From positions 96,001-160,000 of the IMG/VR virus record IMGVR_UViG_3300017963_007659: 64,000 nt of DNA; one strand, given 5' to 3'. The DNA is from a virus. This document shows positions 18,416-28,800 of this stretch, one piece after another. Position 1 is the first letter of the stretch, and each line of letters opens with the position of its first letter. The position numbers were made by a program, and so were the translations under genes. The notes under the pieces are model-generated. The model was not told the origin of the DNA and did not search any database. It saw only the letters and a program-made list of their open reading frames with translations.

Positions 18416-18994
18416 ATGCGAAAGTATACCTCACGAGATATCGGACGGGTCAAGACTGAAGAAGACCGGTGGTTCTACGCTGCTGGGATACCTCAACAGT
18501 TTTGGGCTGACGACTACGAGCTAGCTCCCTATCCCTTGCTATGCACTCAAGCAGACGGTTCCTTCAAGAATCTCTCCAGTGAGGGACAGCTCAAGCATTA
18601 CAACTGGCTCATGGATGTCGAGAGGCTCCGGACGTCTTCTCTTCTTGCTGTTGTAGGGTCATCTCCTACAGATGCGAAGGCGATGGTCATTGCCTGTCGT
18701 TTTGCAAAGGTAGCGGTTCTCCAGTGGCTTGGTGGCGTGCATGTCTTCGATGTGGCGAGCTACGACGCTCCAACATCCAAAGATCAGGTTGTGGTTATGT
18801 ATAATCTGTCGGCTACCGCCTACACCAATGAAAGGATTATGAAAGTCAAAGACCGCGTTCACGCCTATCAGGATAGAGTGTGTATTCTTGTAGTGGCTGG
18901 GAACCCGCATGAATATGCCACCAAGGTCCTCAATATTCAACCCAACGTCCTGTTTTACTTCGAGGGTAATCTGATGAAGCAGAGAGCGCTGTAG
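18416..18994 (+). CDS. Degenerate DnaC/IstB-like helicase-loader candidate
   Basis: AAGIPQQFW N-terminal motif, alpha/beta pattern, directly upstream of DnaB; no canonical Walker A. Confidence 0.4.
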   Translation: MRKYTSRDIGRVKTEEDRWFYAAGIPQQFWADDYELAPYPLLCTQADGSFKNLSSEGQLKHYNWLMDVERLRTSSLLAVVGSSPTDAKAMVIACRFAKVAVLQWLGGVHVFDVASYDAPTSKDQVVVMYNLSATAYTNERIMKVKDRVHAYQDRVCILVVAGNPHEYATKVLNIQPNVLFYFEGNLMKQRAL

Positions 18995-19165
18995 ACCCAT
19001 GAGTAAGTCCAATGATCGCCTCCAAACTACCGAAAACAGACGCTCTAAAGCGTTCCATTGTGGATGTCCCGACCCTCCTCCTGACGTTTGAATCCAAACC
19101 AGTCAAAGAAGGTACGGCAAAGGATCAGCCAGCGTTGCTGCTGACGCCTACTCCACGGAGCGTTA

Positions 19166-20494
19166 ATGAAAAGAAACAAACCTGAAGCGGAGCTGGCAGC
19201 CCTCAAAGCTGCGCTTGATTCCCCGGATGAACGTATTAAAGCTCGACTTCTAGGAGGATTCCGCGACACTATTTTTGGATTTGAAGCCAACAGAGAGATT
19301 CATAAGCGAATACGGTTTCTTGTAGAGAGTGCGAAGCCGATCCCGACTAGCCCAATCATGGCGCAAGACGTCGCTCTGTCCGATGTCGCACGTACCATGA
19401 TCTCTCAGCCTTCCATGACTCCTATCAATACGATGGAGGATGCGGAGGCTTTGCTCGACACACTGCGCACATATGAGAATGGACGTGTCCTCTTCAATAC
19501 TCTCCAGATGACAACGGAGGAAATGGAGAAGGAGACGCCAAGCCTAGATGATGTCGTCACAGCGATGGAGAACACCATCACCGTGGTCCGGTCCAAGGAC
19601 CAGCAGGAGGCTCTATTCCACTTCGGCAAGGGAGACAATACAGAAGAGGTGTTCCAACGCATCATGAACCCAAACCTGCAGCAGGTCTTTGTACCTACTG
19701 GTTTTCGAGGGTTCGACGAGGTAGCTGGTGGACTCGCGCGCTACAACCTCCAGATTGTCGCCTGTCACAGGAAAGGCGGGAAGTCCATACTGTGTCTTAA
19801 CGAAGGGCTGAACATGTATCAGCTCGGTCTGTCTGGCTGTATCATCACTCTGGAGATGGGAGAGGAAGAGTATGGTGGACGCCTCTTGTCCAACATCTCT
19901 GGTATTCCCTACAGCAAGATCCGTCTCAAGAAAACGTCGAGAGCTGAAAGTGCCAGAATTACGCAGGCATACCAGAACTTCGTTCAGCACGGACTGACCA
20001 ACAACTGTAGGCTCACGGTATGGCCAACAATGTCCTTGTCTCTCAGTGAGATTGGACTGCTTCTGAAGCCTTATGGGTTCGACTTCGTTATCATCGATTA
20101 CTTGAATCTTCTCCGGTATGACGGCTCTCCAGATACACCGAAGCATCAGATCCTCAATGACCAAGCTCGTGACTGCAAGCAGCTCACAGGGCTTCTGAAC
20201 TGTCCAGTCATCGCAGCCACACAGACAGACGTCACCAGCGGAAACATTCGCTACTCCAGAGCTATCGAGGAGCATGCGGACTACGTTTGGACGTGGACTT
20301 ATGGAGAGTCCGAGGAAGCTACAGGAGTCGTGGAGATTGGACAGATGGTGTCTCGGCACACGGAGCGCTTCTCCTTCAAGGTTCGGGCAGACTATGAACG
20401 TATGCGGATGACGGACTATGTGGAAATGCCATCTCAACAAGAACAAGTCAATGATACAGAGGCGACCTTGGATTTCATGGATGAGCTGAGGTAG
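19166..20494 (+). CDS. dnaB: Replicative DnaB-like helicase
   Basis: VPTGFRGFDEVAGGL, HRKGGKS (Walker A), ITLEMG, FVIIDYLNLL, PVIAATQ. Confidence 0.9.
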   Translation: MKRNKPEAELAALKAALDSPDERIKARLLGGFRDTIFGFEANREIHKRIRFLVESAKPIPTSPIMAQDVALSDVARTMISQPSMTPINTMEDAEALLDTLRTYENGRVLFNTLQMTTEEMEKETPSLDDVVTAMENTITVVRSKDQQEALFHFGKGDNTEEVFQRIMNPNLQQVFVPTGFRGFDEVAGGLARYNLQIVACHRKGGKSILCLNEGLNMYQLGLSGCIITLEMGEEEYGGRLLSNISGIPYSKIRLKKTSRAESARITQAYQNFVQHGLTNNCRLTVWPTMSLSLSEIGLLLKPYGFDFVIIDYLNLLRYDGSPDTPKHQILNDQARDCKQLTGLLNCPVIAATQTDVTSGNIRYSRAIEEHADYVWTWTYGESEEATGVVEIGQMVSRHTERFSFKVRADYERMRMTDYVEMPSQQEQVNDTEATLDFMDELR

Positions 20495-20538
20495 CTCAGA
20501 TTTAGGCCCTGACGAAATTTAGGAGCTAAGGAGAAAGC

Positions 20539-21747
20539 ATGCTGGTAGAGACAAAAGCTTCCGACCTGAAGGATAGGATCAAGATGATCTCGAACTCCTT
20601 GGGTCAGAAAGCTGACGGAGAGTGCTTGGTAACGGCGAGCAAGACTGACGGATTGACGCTGGAAGGCTTCAAGGATGGGACATACTTGAAGTGTACGCTC
20701 CCTGCTGAAGTCCATCAGGAAGGTGAGGTAGTCGTCAAATCGGCCTATCTGACGTCTCTTCGTCTCGGAGCCAAGGTACGGCTGACTTTGAACAACAACT
20801 GGCTCGACTTCCAATCCGGCAGTTTCCAGGGTCACGTGGAGACCTCCCAGGATGTTGATCGCTTCAAGGCGTCTCGTCCAGCGGAGATCATCCCCACTCC
20901 CTTCAACTTGGCGGCTGAGGACTTCGTTGAGTGCACGAAGCGCGCGTTCCTTCAACCGACTCTTGTAGGACAGCCCTACGGGATACGCTGTCAGTTGTAC
21001 GGAGACGAGCAGAACGTCGAATCTCCAGTGACGCTGGCTCTGTCCTCCATTGAGTCGAACGTCCGTGCTGTCATCGCGAAGAAGCAGCTCCCAATCGTGC
21101 TTCAGAGGGAGCCAGGTACTTCTCACACGTTCATGGACGTGATGCTTCCTCCCATCCTCTGGAGTATCGTCAGCAAGGTGAAGGGGCCAATCCAGATCGG
21201 AACGGATGGGAAAGTCTTCCATCTGCTGTCGGCTGCTGTCGACCTCTATCAACCTCTTCTTGCATTCGAGGCTCAAGATATCGAGATGTGGATTGAGCAG
21301 CTCCAGAAGCCTCCGTCGGTATTCTCTGGGGAGCTTCATGCTGATGTTCAGACCTTCCTTGGTGGAATCAACCAAGCTACGAGCGTGGTTGTCTCTGTTG
21401 GGGCACCGGTCCAAGAGATCACTCTCGATTGTGTCGCCACTGCTGAGGTCCTGAAGATCGATGTGCGTGCAGCGAGCGGAGAAGCTACGAGTGAGCTTCC
21501 TCTCACTGCGGGACCACAGGGTGAGCTGAAGATGCAGTTGGGAGCCCGTCACATGACAGAAAGCTTGGGGCTGCTGGGAAGTGGTTCCGCAGAGGTGAAA
21601 GTATGGTCGAACCCGGCAGCAGTGTTGGTCTATTCGGGACCGAAACCGGAAGAAATCGCCGCAGAGACAGACCCGGAAAAACAAAATCAATTGCGGGGGC
21701 AGATGCAGACCTACTACATCATCCCGCAGATAGCAAAGGACTCCTGA
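20539..21747 (+). CDS. dnaN: DNA polymerase III beta-like sliding clamp
   Basis: About 400 aa; LTLEGFKDGTYLKCTLPAEVHQEGEVVV matches the beta-clamp N-terminus; follows dnaB. Confidence 0.65.
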   Translation: MLVETKASDLKDRIKMISNSLGQKADGECLVTASKTDGLTLEGFKDGTYLKCTLPAEVHQEGEVVVKSAYLTSLRLGAKVRLTLNNNWLDFQSGSFQGHVETSQDVDRFKASRPAEIIPTPFNLAAEDFVECTKRAFLQPTLVGQPYGIRCQLYGDEQNVESPVTLALSSIESNVRAVIAKKQLPIVLQREPGTSHTFMDVMLPPILWSIVSKVKGPIQIGTDGKVFHLLSAAVDLYQPLLAFEAQDIEMWIEQLQKPPSVFSGELHADVQTFLGGINQATSVVVSVGAPVQEITLDCVATAEVLKIDVRAASGEATSELPLTAGPQGELKMQLGARHMTESLGLLGSGSAEVKVWSNPAAVLVYSGPKPEEIAAETDPEKQNQLRGQMQTYYIIPQIAKDS

Positions 21748-22109
21748 GCGTCTTCAAAGACTCTCCTGTAAATCCGAAGAAGATCCAGGTCATCGACGAC
21801 ACCATCGTGCTGATGAAGGGATACGAGCAGCCACAAGGGAAGTCTCTGTCTCTGAATGTGCGGTACGACGATGAGGTGATCACATTCTATTCTGTCACAG
21901 CGTCTCCTAAAGCTCTGGGGTACATCTTGGAGGTGAAGCAACCACGGTGGGGTGAGGTCTACGAAGAGCAGTGGATCTATCTCATGAAGAGTGTCTCAGA
22001 CTTGACGCCACAGACACCGGAGCTGCTGGCGAAAGACAACAGGATGCGCTTGTATCGCTATGGAGATGACTACCTATTCTTCGCTCGTGCTGCCAAACAG
22101 CGCAAGTGA
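21744..22109 (+). CDS. Hypothetical protein (start uncertain: CTG 21744 or ATG 21813)
   Basis: AAAGGA RBS precedes a CTG overlapping the upstream TGA. Confidence 0.55.
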   Translation: MSVFKDSPVNPKKIQVIDDTIVLMKGYEQPQGKSLSLNVRYDDEVITFYSVTASPKALGYILEVKQPRWGEVYEEQWIYLMKSVSDLTPQTPELLAKDNRMRLYRYGDDYLFFARAAKQRK

Positions 22110-22347
22110 CAGGGATGACTGGCCGACGTTCGAGGCGGTCTCGGAGTCCCCACTCTGGGTGGATGCGAGCTTCATTCCCAACATTGTGTTCATCGTCCGT
22201 CCCACGATCAAATGCCGCCATCCTGTCGTATTAGATGATGGGACGACGGACGCCATCGTCCAGATTATTGGAGAACCTTCACGTGTTGCTCTCTATCTGA
22301 TGCAGAAGATCTCTTTGTGGAGGTCCTCAGCGAGGTAAATGTAAACG

Positions 22348-23001
22348 ATGACAGAGCCGGAAACAACACAGCCTGAGTCTGAGCCAGACGTTCCAGCGGA
22401 ACCTGTTCCTGAACCAGACCCTCCGAAGGAGACTTCTCCAGAAGATAGGGACTGGCTGGCTGTTCCAGCGGATGAGACGTGGGCTGAGTTCGTAGATCGT
22501 ATGCGTCTCGCTCCTCACATCCAACAGGCTAATGGATTAGCGGAGCTGTTCACTCCGGATAAGAGCTTCACCGTTGAGCTACAGCAATACATGAGCGCGA
22601 AGAAGATCGACAAGACAGTGCGGACTGAAGCTGATCTCCCGAAGGTTGTAGCGCTCATCGGTGTCATCCAATCCTATCGAGAGCGGGTCTCGTCAACTCA
22701 GATCGGACTCATGGATATGGCACGGGACCTCAAGCGGGCATGGAAGGAGTGTGAAGCTTGGCTGATGCTCCATCCCTATATGAACAAAAAGAAGGACGGC
22801 GATAGAAAACGGGCAGTCCATTTGATTCTCAAGGAGCTAGTCAACGCCTTGGGAGATGTAGAGCACCTGATCAAGGCGGCTGAGACCGCTACGTGGACCT
22901 TGAAACAGGCTGCGGACTCCTATAGTGAGCAGAAGCAGGGAATCACGACCATGATCTACTCTGGGATGAAAACAGGTGCTACCCCAGAGCATGTGAGGTG
23001 A
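22348..23001 (+). CDS. Helical protein, possible UvsY-like recombination mediator
   Basis: Long amphipathic helices; replication-cluster context. Confidence 0.4.
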   Translation: MTEPETTQPESEPDVPAEPVPEPDPPKETSPEDRDWLAVPADETWAEFVDRMRLAPHIQQANGLAELFTPDKSFTVELQQYMSAKKIDKTVRTEADLPKVVALIGVIQSYRERVSSTQIGLMDMARDLKRAWKECEAWLMLHPYMNKKKDGDRKRAVHLILKELVNALGDVEHLIKAAETATWTLKQAADSYSEQKQGITTMIYSGMKTGATPEHVR

Positions 23002-23002
23002 G

Positions 23003-23596
23003 ATGTCAACTATCCAAGATGAAACTAGAGACGCAGAGGGACAATTCCTTCGCCTGATTGAGCAGCATGAGCAGAAGGTCTTGTCGCTGGTAAACAAAAC
23101 CTCAAAGCAAGATGTTCAAACGCTGGACTGCTCTGAGTGTGGCAAGCCAGTGCTCGCAGCTCCAATCTATCTCAACACAATCCAGTGCTCCTCCTGTACC
23201 CCTCCTATCACCTTGGAGTCGGAGCAGCTCGATTCTCTTCTTCAAGATGCGAGGGAGAACCTGTTTCAGCAGCTTTCTGAGCTGGACGAAGCCTTCTCGG
23301 AGAAGGAGCACGTCAAACTCCGAGACGCAGTGCTCAAAGAGCTGAAGAGCATACAGACTCTTGTAGAAGCAAGCATTGACGCTTCTGAGGCAATGCAGTC
23401 TGGAGATGAAGAAGAAGAGGACACTCTGGAGGTGAAGGAGTTCGATGCGCTGATCAAGAATTTCACAAGGATACGCTCGATTGAGCGGCTGGCACGCGTC
23501 TTTGGAATCAGTCAGGAGGTCACTTCCGATATTCTGAAGACGAAGATTGGGGTACTCTTTGGACCAAAGCCTCCGAAGATTGTAGGACAGAAATGA
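23003..23596 (+). CDS. Hypothetical Zn-ribbon/coiled-coil protein
   Basis: CSECGK...CSSC. Confidence 0.65.
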   Translation: MSTIQDETRDAEGQFLRLIEQHEQKVLSLVNKTSKQDVQTLDCSECGKPVLAAPIYLNTIQCSSCTPPITLESEQLDSLLQDARENLFQQLSELDEAFSEKEHVKLRDAVLKELKSIQTLVEASIDASEAMQSGDEEEEDTLEVKEFDALIKNFTRIRSIERLARVFGISQEVTSDILKTKIGVLFGPKPPKIVGQK

Positions 23597-24192
23597 CCAA
23601 ACCTCTCATCTATGCAGCTTACGACTACTATGAATCTGAGACACAGCCCTCTTGGGTGAGGATACTACAAGAAACGTTCCCAGAGGCGATTCTCTACGAC
23701 CCAGGACAGCCCCTGGCTGAACAAGACCTCAACGAGGACACTCTGGCGGATATCCCCTGTGTAGCCAGTCCAGAAGTTCTCCAGCTTCTACGCTTCCCTC
23801 CACATCTTGCCGCATCGGTGCGAGAGGAGGGAGTGCCGGCAGCTCTCGCTGAGGCACAAAACATGGCCAAGGGAGGCTACGTAGCGTCCATTCTCGCGGT
23901 CAACCATTATCTGTTGGTGAGGTCGTCTCTTGTAGTTGTCGATGGGGACGCAGCCTTTTCTAGCGGTCCCTCTGTCGACCTAGTTCTGGCAACGCAGCTT
24001 GGGATACCTACGGTCTTGGTGTGTAACAGAACGATACAGCCCCCATGGCTGCTCGCCTATGCCGATGTGTCTGTGACGACTCCTAAGCTCGTGAAGCTTG
24101 TCGCTACTGTCCTGCGATTTCAGCAGGAGCCACAAAAGGAGGAGGAGTCGGAAGAGCTTGATACTCCTCCAGAGCAGACTCCAGAGCCTTGA
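23593..24192 (+). CDS. Nucleoside 2-deoxyribosyltransferase-fold protein (divergent)
   Basis: IYAAY, LYDP, SSLVVVD...SGPSVDLVLATQLGIPTVLV. Confidence 0.5.
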   Translation: MTKPLIYAAYDYYESETQPSWVRILQETFPEAILYDPGQPLAEQDLNEDTLADIPCVASPEVLQLLRFPPHLAASVREEGVPAALAEAQNMAKGGYVASILAVNHYLLVRSSLVVVDGDAAFSSGPSVDLVLATQLGIPTVLVCNRTIQPPWLLAYADVSVTTPKLVKLVATVLRFQQEPQKEEESEELDTPPEQTPEP

Positions 24193-24601
24193 AGCCGAAC
24201 TGCTGAATGTTGTATCCCGTGTCTTCAAGAATCTCCCCAGCCACCCGACATGCCCGAAGCTCCGTGACGAAGTAGGCGAGACTCCAGATTCTCACGAGGT
24301 TCGAGTTCAGCTCCTTCATGAAGACGTCTCTCATGTACGTCTCCATGTCTTCGTGCACCCACTCAAGTCGCTCCAACGCATGGAGCGCTCTCCGTGTACA
24401 TGTGATCGGATCTCCAGGTACTGGACGATCGAACCCAGGAGCGGTCAGTGTGTGGAGGACTCCGACCGGGACACTGGTGATGATATCGTTGATGGCGACT
24501 GTAATGTACCCCTCTTTATTAGGGACTTCATCTTGGATGACCGCGTCATTTCCCCACCACGATCCTTCCACGATGTGGACCTTCTTACCTTTTCTTCGCA
24601 T
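24104..24601 (-). CDS. Hypothetical protein
   Basis: GAGGAG RBS before MRRKGKK; minus-strand TTGACA(24648-24653)-18 nt-TAGAGT promoter. Confidence 0.7.
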   Translation of the reverse strand: MRRKGKKVHIVEGSWWGNDAVIQDEVPNKEGYITVAINDIITSVPVGVLHTLTAPGFDRPVPGDPITCTRRALHALERLEWVHEDMETYMRDVFMKELNSNLVRIWSLAYFVTELRACRVAGEILEDTGYNIQQFGFKALESALEEYQALPTPPPFVAPAEIAGQ

Positions 24602-24649
24602 AGGTATCTCCTCTTCAAGAATCACTCTATCAGAAGACAGATGCGCTTG

Positions 24650-24898
24650 TCAAGAATAATCGTGGAGGATGTCGTTGATTACAGGGAGAAACGTGCTCGG
24701 TAAGGTTCTCGCTAGCGTAGATATAGCTGCGTATCGATTCTGGAAGTGCGTCCACTCTCTGATGTCCAAGGCAAGGATGATGTAGGCTCTGTCTTCTTGC
24801 TCTGGCGTCAGTGGGGTGTCGTCAGTGGAGATCTGTAGCAGCCGCCGTCTGGTCCGCGCTAGAAGGTTCTCTTCTGTGATTTGGTTCTGAACAGTCAC
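24650..24898 (-). CDS. Hypothetical protein
   Basis: ORF in a minus-strand cluster. Confidence 0.55.
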   Translation of the reverse strand: MTVQNQITEENLLARTRRRLLQISTDDTPLTPEQEDRAYIILALDIREWTHFQNRYAAISTLARTLPSTFLPVINDILHDYS

Positions 24899-24901
24899 TT
24901 A

Positions 24902-25090
24902 TCACCAGGTCAGCCAACCCTCCGTTCCGCGAAAGGTTGGGAGAGCCAGGTCATCCAGCTCACCGTCTCGAATTGCTTCCCGAAGAGCTTGCTTTGTAAC
25001 AGCACGTCGTCGTCGGTTCTCTTCGCGACGGATTGGGGTGTCTTCCACTCCATAGGGAGTGTTGCCCTTGCGAGCGCCTTTGTTAGCCAT
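24902..25090 (-). CDS. Small basic protein
   Basis: GGAGG RBS. Confidence 0.6.
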   Translation of the reverse strand: MANKGARKGNTPYGVEDTPIRREENRRRRAVTKQALREAIRDGELDDLALPTFRGTEGWLTW

Positions 25091-25307
25091 GAATGCCTCC
25101 GTTTAGCTATGCTAAATTGGATGCATGTTTCACCTCCTCCTTGAAGGTACCCGACCTTCGAGTATGTTGTCCCATGTTTTGAGTGAGGTGTCAAGCTATA
25201 TTCCGCCAGAAGTCGCTTTTTGACCCCACTTTTGGCGAGATATAGCGTTTTATAAGTGGCCACAACTCTCTGTCTGCTCTTTAAAAGTAGAGTAGTCAAA
25301 GTATGGT

Positions 25308-25550
25308 ATGGGTAGCACGACGGATGAGCATGGGTATCTGAAGTGTCAGCGGGAGCTAGCTGAGAGTTGGCGTCATATTGCGCTGCGCTACGAGGGATTC
25401 TTGAAGAAAAATGAGATTTGTCTTGTGTGCGGGGATCGCATGAGCAGAACTCCTGTAGGACCTGTGTGCCTTCTAGGACACCTTCCTCCCACTCCCGATG
25501 TTAAGAAGCTTTTGGTGGAATGGGTGAAGAAGGTCTGTTCCAACGAATAG
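25308..25550 (+). CDS. Small Zn-finger protein
   Basis: CLVCG...CLLGH; TAGTCAAAGTA 4 nt before the ATG. Confidence 0.65.
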   Translation: MGSTTDEHGYLKCQRELAESWRHIALRYEGFLKKNEICLVCGDRMSRTPVGPVCLLGHLPPTPDVKKLLVEWVKKVCSNE

Positions 25551-25634
25551 TAGTCAAAGTCTTGGGTACGACGAGTAGGTTACGTTAACGTTGCCTACCG
25601 ATTCAGCACAGCAGATCGTGAAGGAAGAGACCGC

Positions 25635-25790
25635 ATGACTCTTGTAGGAAGCCTCGTATTTCTCGCCGTAGCCATTTACTCCAAAACCGTAGCATTAGGT
25701 GCTGTCTTCAAACGCTGTTGTGCCGTGACCATGGACTGTGTTGATATCGCGGTCCATGGGCTCGCTTGGGATTGGGCAGACATCCTGTAA
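25635..25790 (+). CDS. Possible small membrane protein (51 aa)
   Basis: Hand translation MTLVGSLVFLAVAIYSKTVALGAVFKRCC...; AAGGAAG RBS. Confidence 0.35.
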   Translation: MTLVGSLVFLAVAIYSKTVALGAVFKRCCAVTMDCVDIAVHGLAWDWADIL

Positions 25791-25838
25791 CTAGAATCAG
25801 CACGTGGCTCTGTAAGCCAGCGGAAGGATAGGGAAAGA

Positions 25839-28800
25839 ATGCGATATCCGCAGTATCTTGCGTCGAACGAGTTGACTGCGCTCGGACGAAAGACTCTTCT
25901 GGACCGATACGCTCGCAAGGCACCGAAGACGGCACCCGTAGAGCTTGGAGACCTCGTCATCCTTTGCACAGACAAGGAGTCTGGACAGAGGGAGATTGGC
26001 AGCGTCATCGGAGTCAACAACGATGACCGGACCGTCAATATTCGCGCGGAAGATGGGGAAGAGTACACCGTCGATGTGGAGGAGGTAGACAAGCCTCTGG
26101 AGACGGATCCTCAAGATGTGGTCCAGCGTGTCGCTCGCGCCCTATCGAAGGTTGAGGAGAAGCCTCGTCGCTGGGAGAACATCTTCAAGAAGCTGATGGG
26201 CAACTGGAAGTTCGTTCCAGCTGGTCGCATTCTCACCGGAGCAGGTATCCAGCAAGAGACGCCGCTCACCTTCTTCAACTGCAACGTCATCCCAGCTCCC
26301 AAGGATAGCCGAGAAGGGATCATCGACACAGCAAAGATTCTCGCGGAGCTGTTCTCCCGTGGGGCTGGCGTCGGGACCTACCTCTCCTCTCTGCGTCCTC
26401 GCTTCGCCTACGTGAAGGGTGTCAACGGACGCTCTTCCGGGGCTGTGAGCTGGGGGTCTCTGTACTCGCATCTCACGGGGCTCATTGAGCAAGGAGGCTG
26501 CGTCACTGGAGAGACTCTTGTAGCTACGTCTAAGGGTGATTTTCCAATCAAGAATCTTGTAGGAACGACACCAGACGTCTATTCTTATGACTGCTCCACA
26601 GAAAGGACTGTGCTCAAAACAGCGAAGTGGGTGGGTAAGACCGGGGATAGTCAAAGAATCCTACGACTTACGACAACCCAGGGTCTTATTCTTGAAGCTA
26701 CTCCTGACCATCTCATCCTGTGTGCTGACAAAAAGTATCGTCCTCTACAAGAATTGGAGGTAGGGACGGCACTGAATGTCGAGAGTGCTTCTATCCACCA
26801 TGTCCAATCCGTAGAAGACTGTGGGGAAGAAGACGTTTACGATCTCGAAGTCCCTGATACTCACAATTTCTTTGTATTCTCGAAGGGTTGTAAAGAGGGT
26901 GTCTTCATACACAACTCCCGTCGCGGTGCCGCAATGCTCGTTCTACACGTCTGGCACCCGGATGTGTACGAGTTCATTGAGTGCAAGAGGGAGCCCAAAG
27001 CTAAGCAGCTCGCTCTCCTGGCTGACAAGCTCGAATACGGCTTTGGTCTCACGGAGTTCGCTCAAGAAGCCAGAGATCTCGCGGGGCAATGGCCAGCTCA
27101 CATCCAGCACGCCAATCTCTCGGTTGGAATCACAGACGATTTCATGGAAGCTGTTATTCACGATCGGGACTGGCAGCTCGTCTTTCCTGATACGACAGTT
27201 CCGGAGTACACAGAGAAGTGGGATGGGGACCTCAAGAAGTGGCAAGAGGAAGGTCATCCAATCAAAGTCCACAAGGTAGTCAAGGCGCGCGACCTGTGGA
27301 ACAAGCTCATGTACTCCGCGTGGGACTCGGCTGAGCCGGGAGTCATCTACATCGATACGGTCAACAGTGAGAGTACCTCATGGTGGTACTGCAACATGCT
27401 GGCGACGAACCCTTGCGGAGAGCAGCCTCTCCCGAGCTGGTACGGTGTCTGTAACCTTGGAGCAATCAATCTCCCTCGCTTCCTCATGGAGGATCCAGAC
27501 GACCCGAACAAAGTCATCCTTGACAAGGAAGCCTACAAGAATGCGATCCATGTCTCCATGCGCTTCCTGGACAACGTTATCGACACCACTCCCTACTTCT
27601 TCGATGAGCAAGAATACAATGCGAAGCGTGAGCGTCGAGTTGGCTTGAGTCCCTTCATGGGGCTTGCCGAAGCTCTGGTCATTCTTGGTATTCGCTATGG
27701 GTCTGAGGAGGCGGTAGACTTCGTGGAGGAGGCTGGCTTGGTCGCGGCTTCAGAGTCCCTCAGAGCCAGCGTGGACCTCGCAGAAGAGAAGGGCTGCTGT
27801 GATGTGTTGGCTACTCCAGAGGACCGGGAGAAGTTCTTGGAGAGTCTGTATGTGCAACGTATTCTCCGGTATCTGCCTCCAGAGGACAACCAGGACTTGC
27901 AGTCACGGATTCGTGAGCATGGAGCCAGGAACGTGAGCTTCACGACCTCAGCGCCTACCGGGACCATCGGGACCATGGTGGCAACGTCTACCGGAATCGA
28001 GCCCTTCTTTCGTTTCGAGTACCGCCAGAACACCAATCTCGGAACCCATATCAAACGAGAGCGTGTTCTGGATGAATGGTATAGGCAACACGGTGAGAGC
28101 GCTGCTGTTCCGGATTACTTCGTGAGCGCTGGGGAGCTGACTCCAAAAGAGCACCTCGTCATGACTGCTGCGCTCCAGCGGTGGATTGACTCAGGTATCA
28201 GTAAGACCTACAACCTACCACAGGAGTATACACCAGAGGACATCGGAAAGATCTACATGGAGATCTGGAAACGTCGATGTAAGGGAGGCACGGTCTTCCG
28301 TGAAGGGTCTCGTACCGTTCAGGTTCTTGAGAGTCTCGACCCCAAGGAGAAGAAGACGTTCGAGATGAGCTTCCCGGAGAAGACTCCTGGACCGCCGAAG
28401 GGGGACAAGAAAGATGGTTCCACGTGGTCCATCGACTCTCCCTCTGGTACCCTGCACGCTACGTTCAATCAGTATCCGACGCCAGACAACCCCTTCGAGA
28501 CATTCCTGAGAATTGGGAAGGCAGGCTCTGATGTTGGAGCTATGACCGAAGCTTTCGGACGTGTCATCTCCCTCTTCCTCCAGATGAGAGGTCCAATCCG
28601 GCCCACAAGACGCTGTGAGCTTCTTGTCGAGCAGCTTGAGGGGATCGGTGGTCGAGACCAGGTTGGCTTCGGTCCAAATAAGATTCGTTCGATCCCTGAT
28701 GCGATTGCTAAGTCGATAAGTCGACATTTGCAGTCAATAGTAGGTAGGGACGATGACTTGTCATGCTCAGAAGATGAAGAAGAGAAACCAGCTTCAACTC

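Noticed and set aside
22060-22338. 92-aa ORF between replication genes
   Set aside because: The start overlaps the upstream gene with no RBS and no motif. It may be real but is unsupported.
25551-25838. Cobalamin riboswitch upstream of the B12-dependent nrdJ
   Set aside because: The B12-box consensus could not be recognised, and the gap holds a small plausible ORF. An Rfam scan would settle it.
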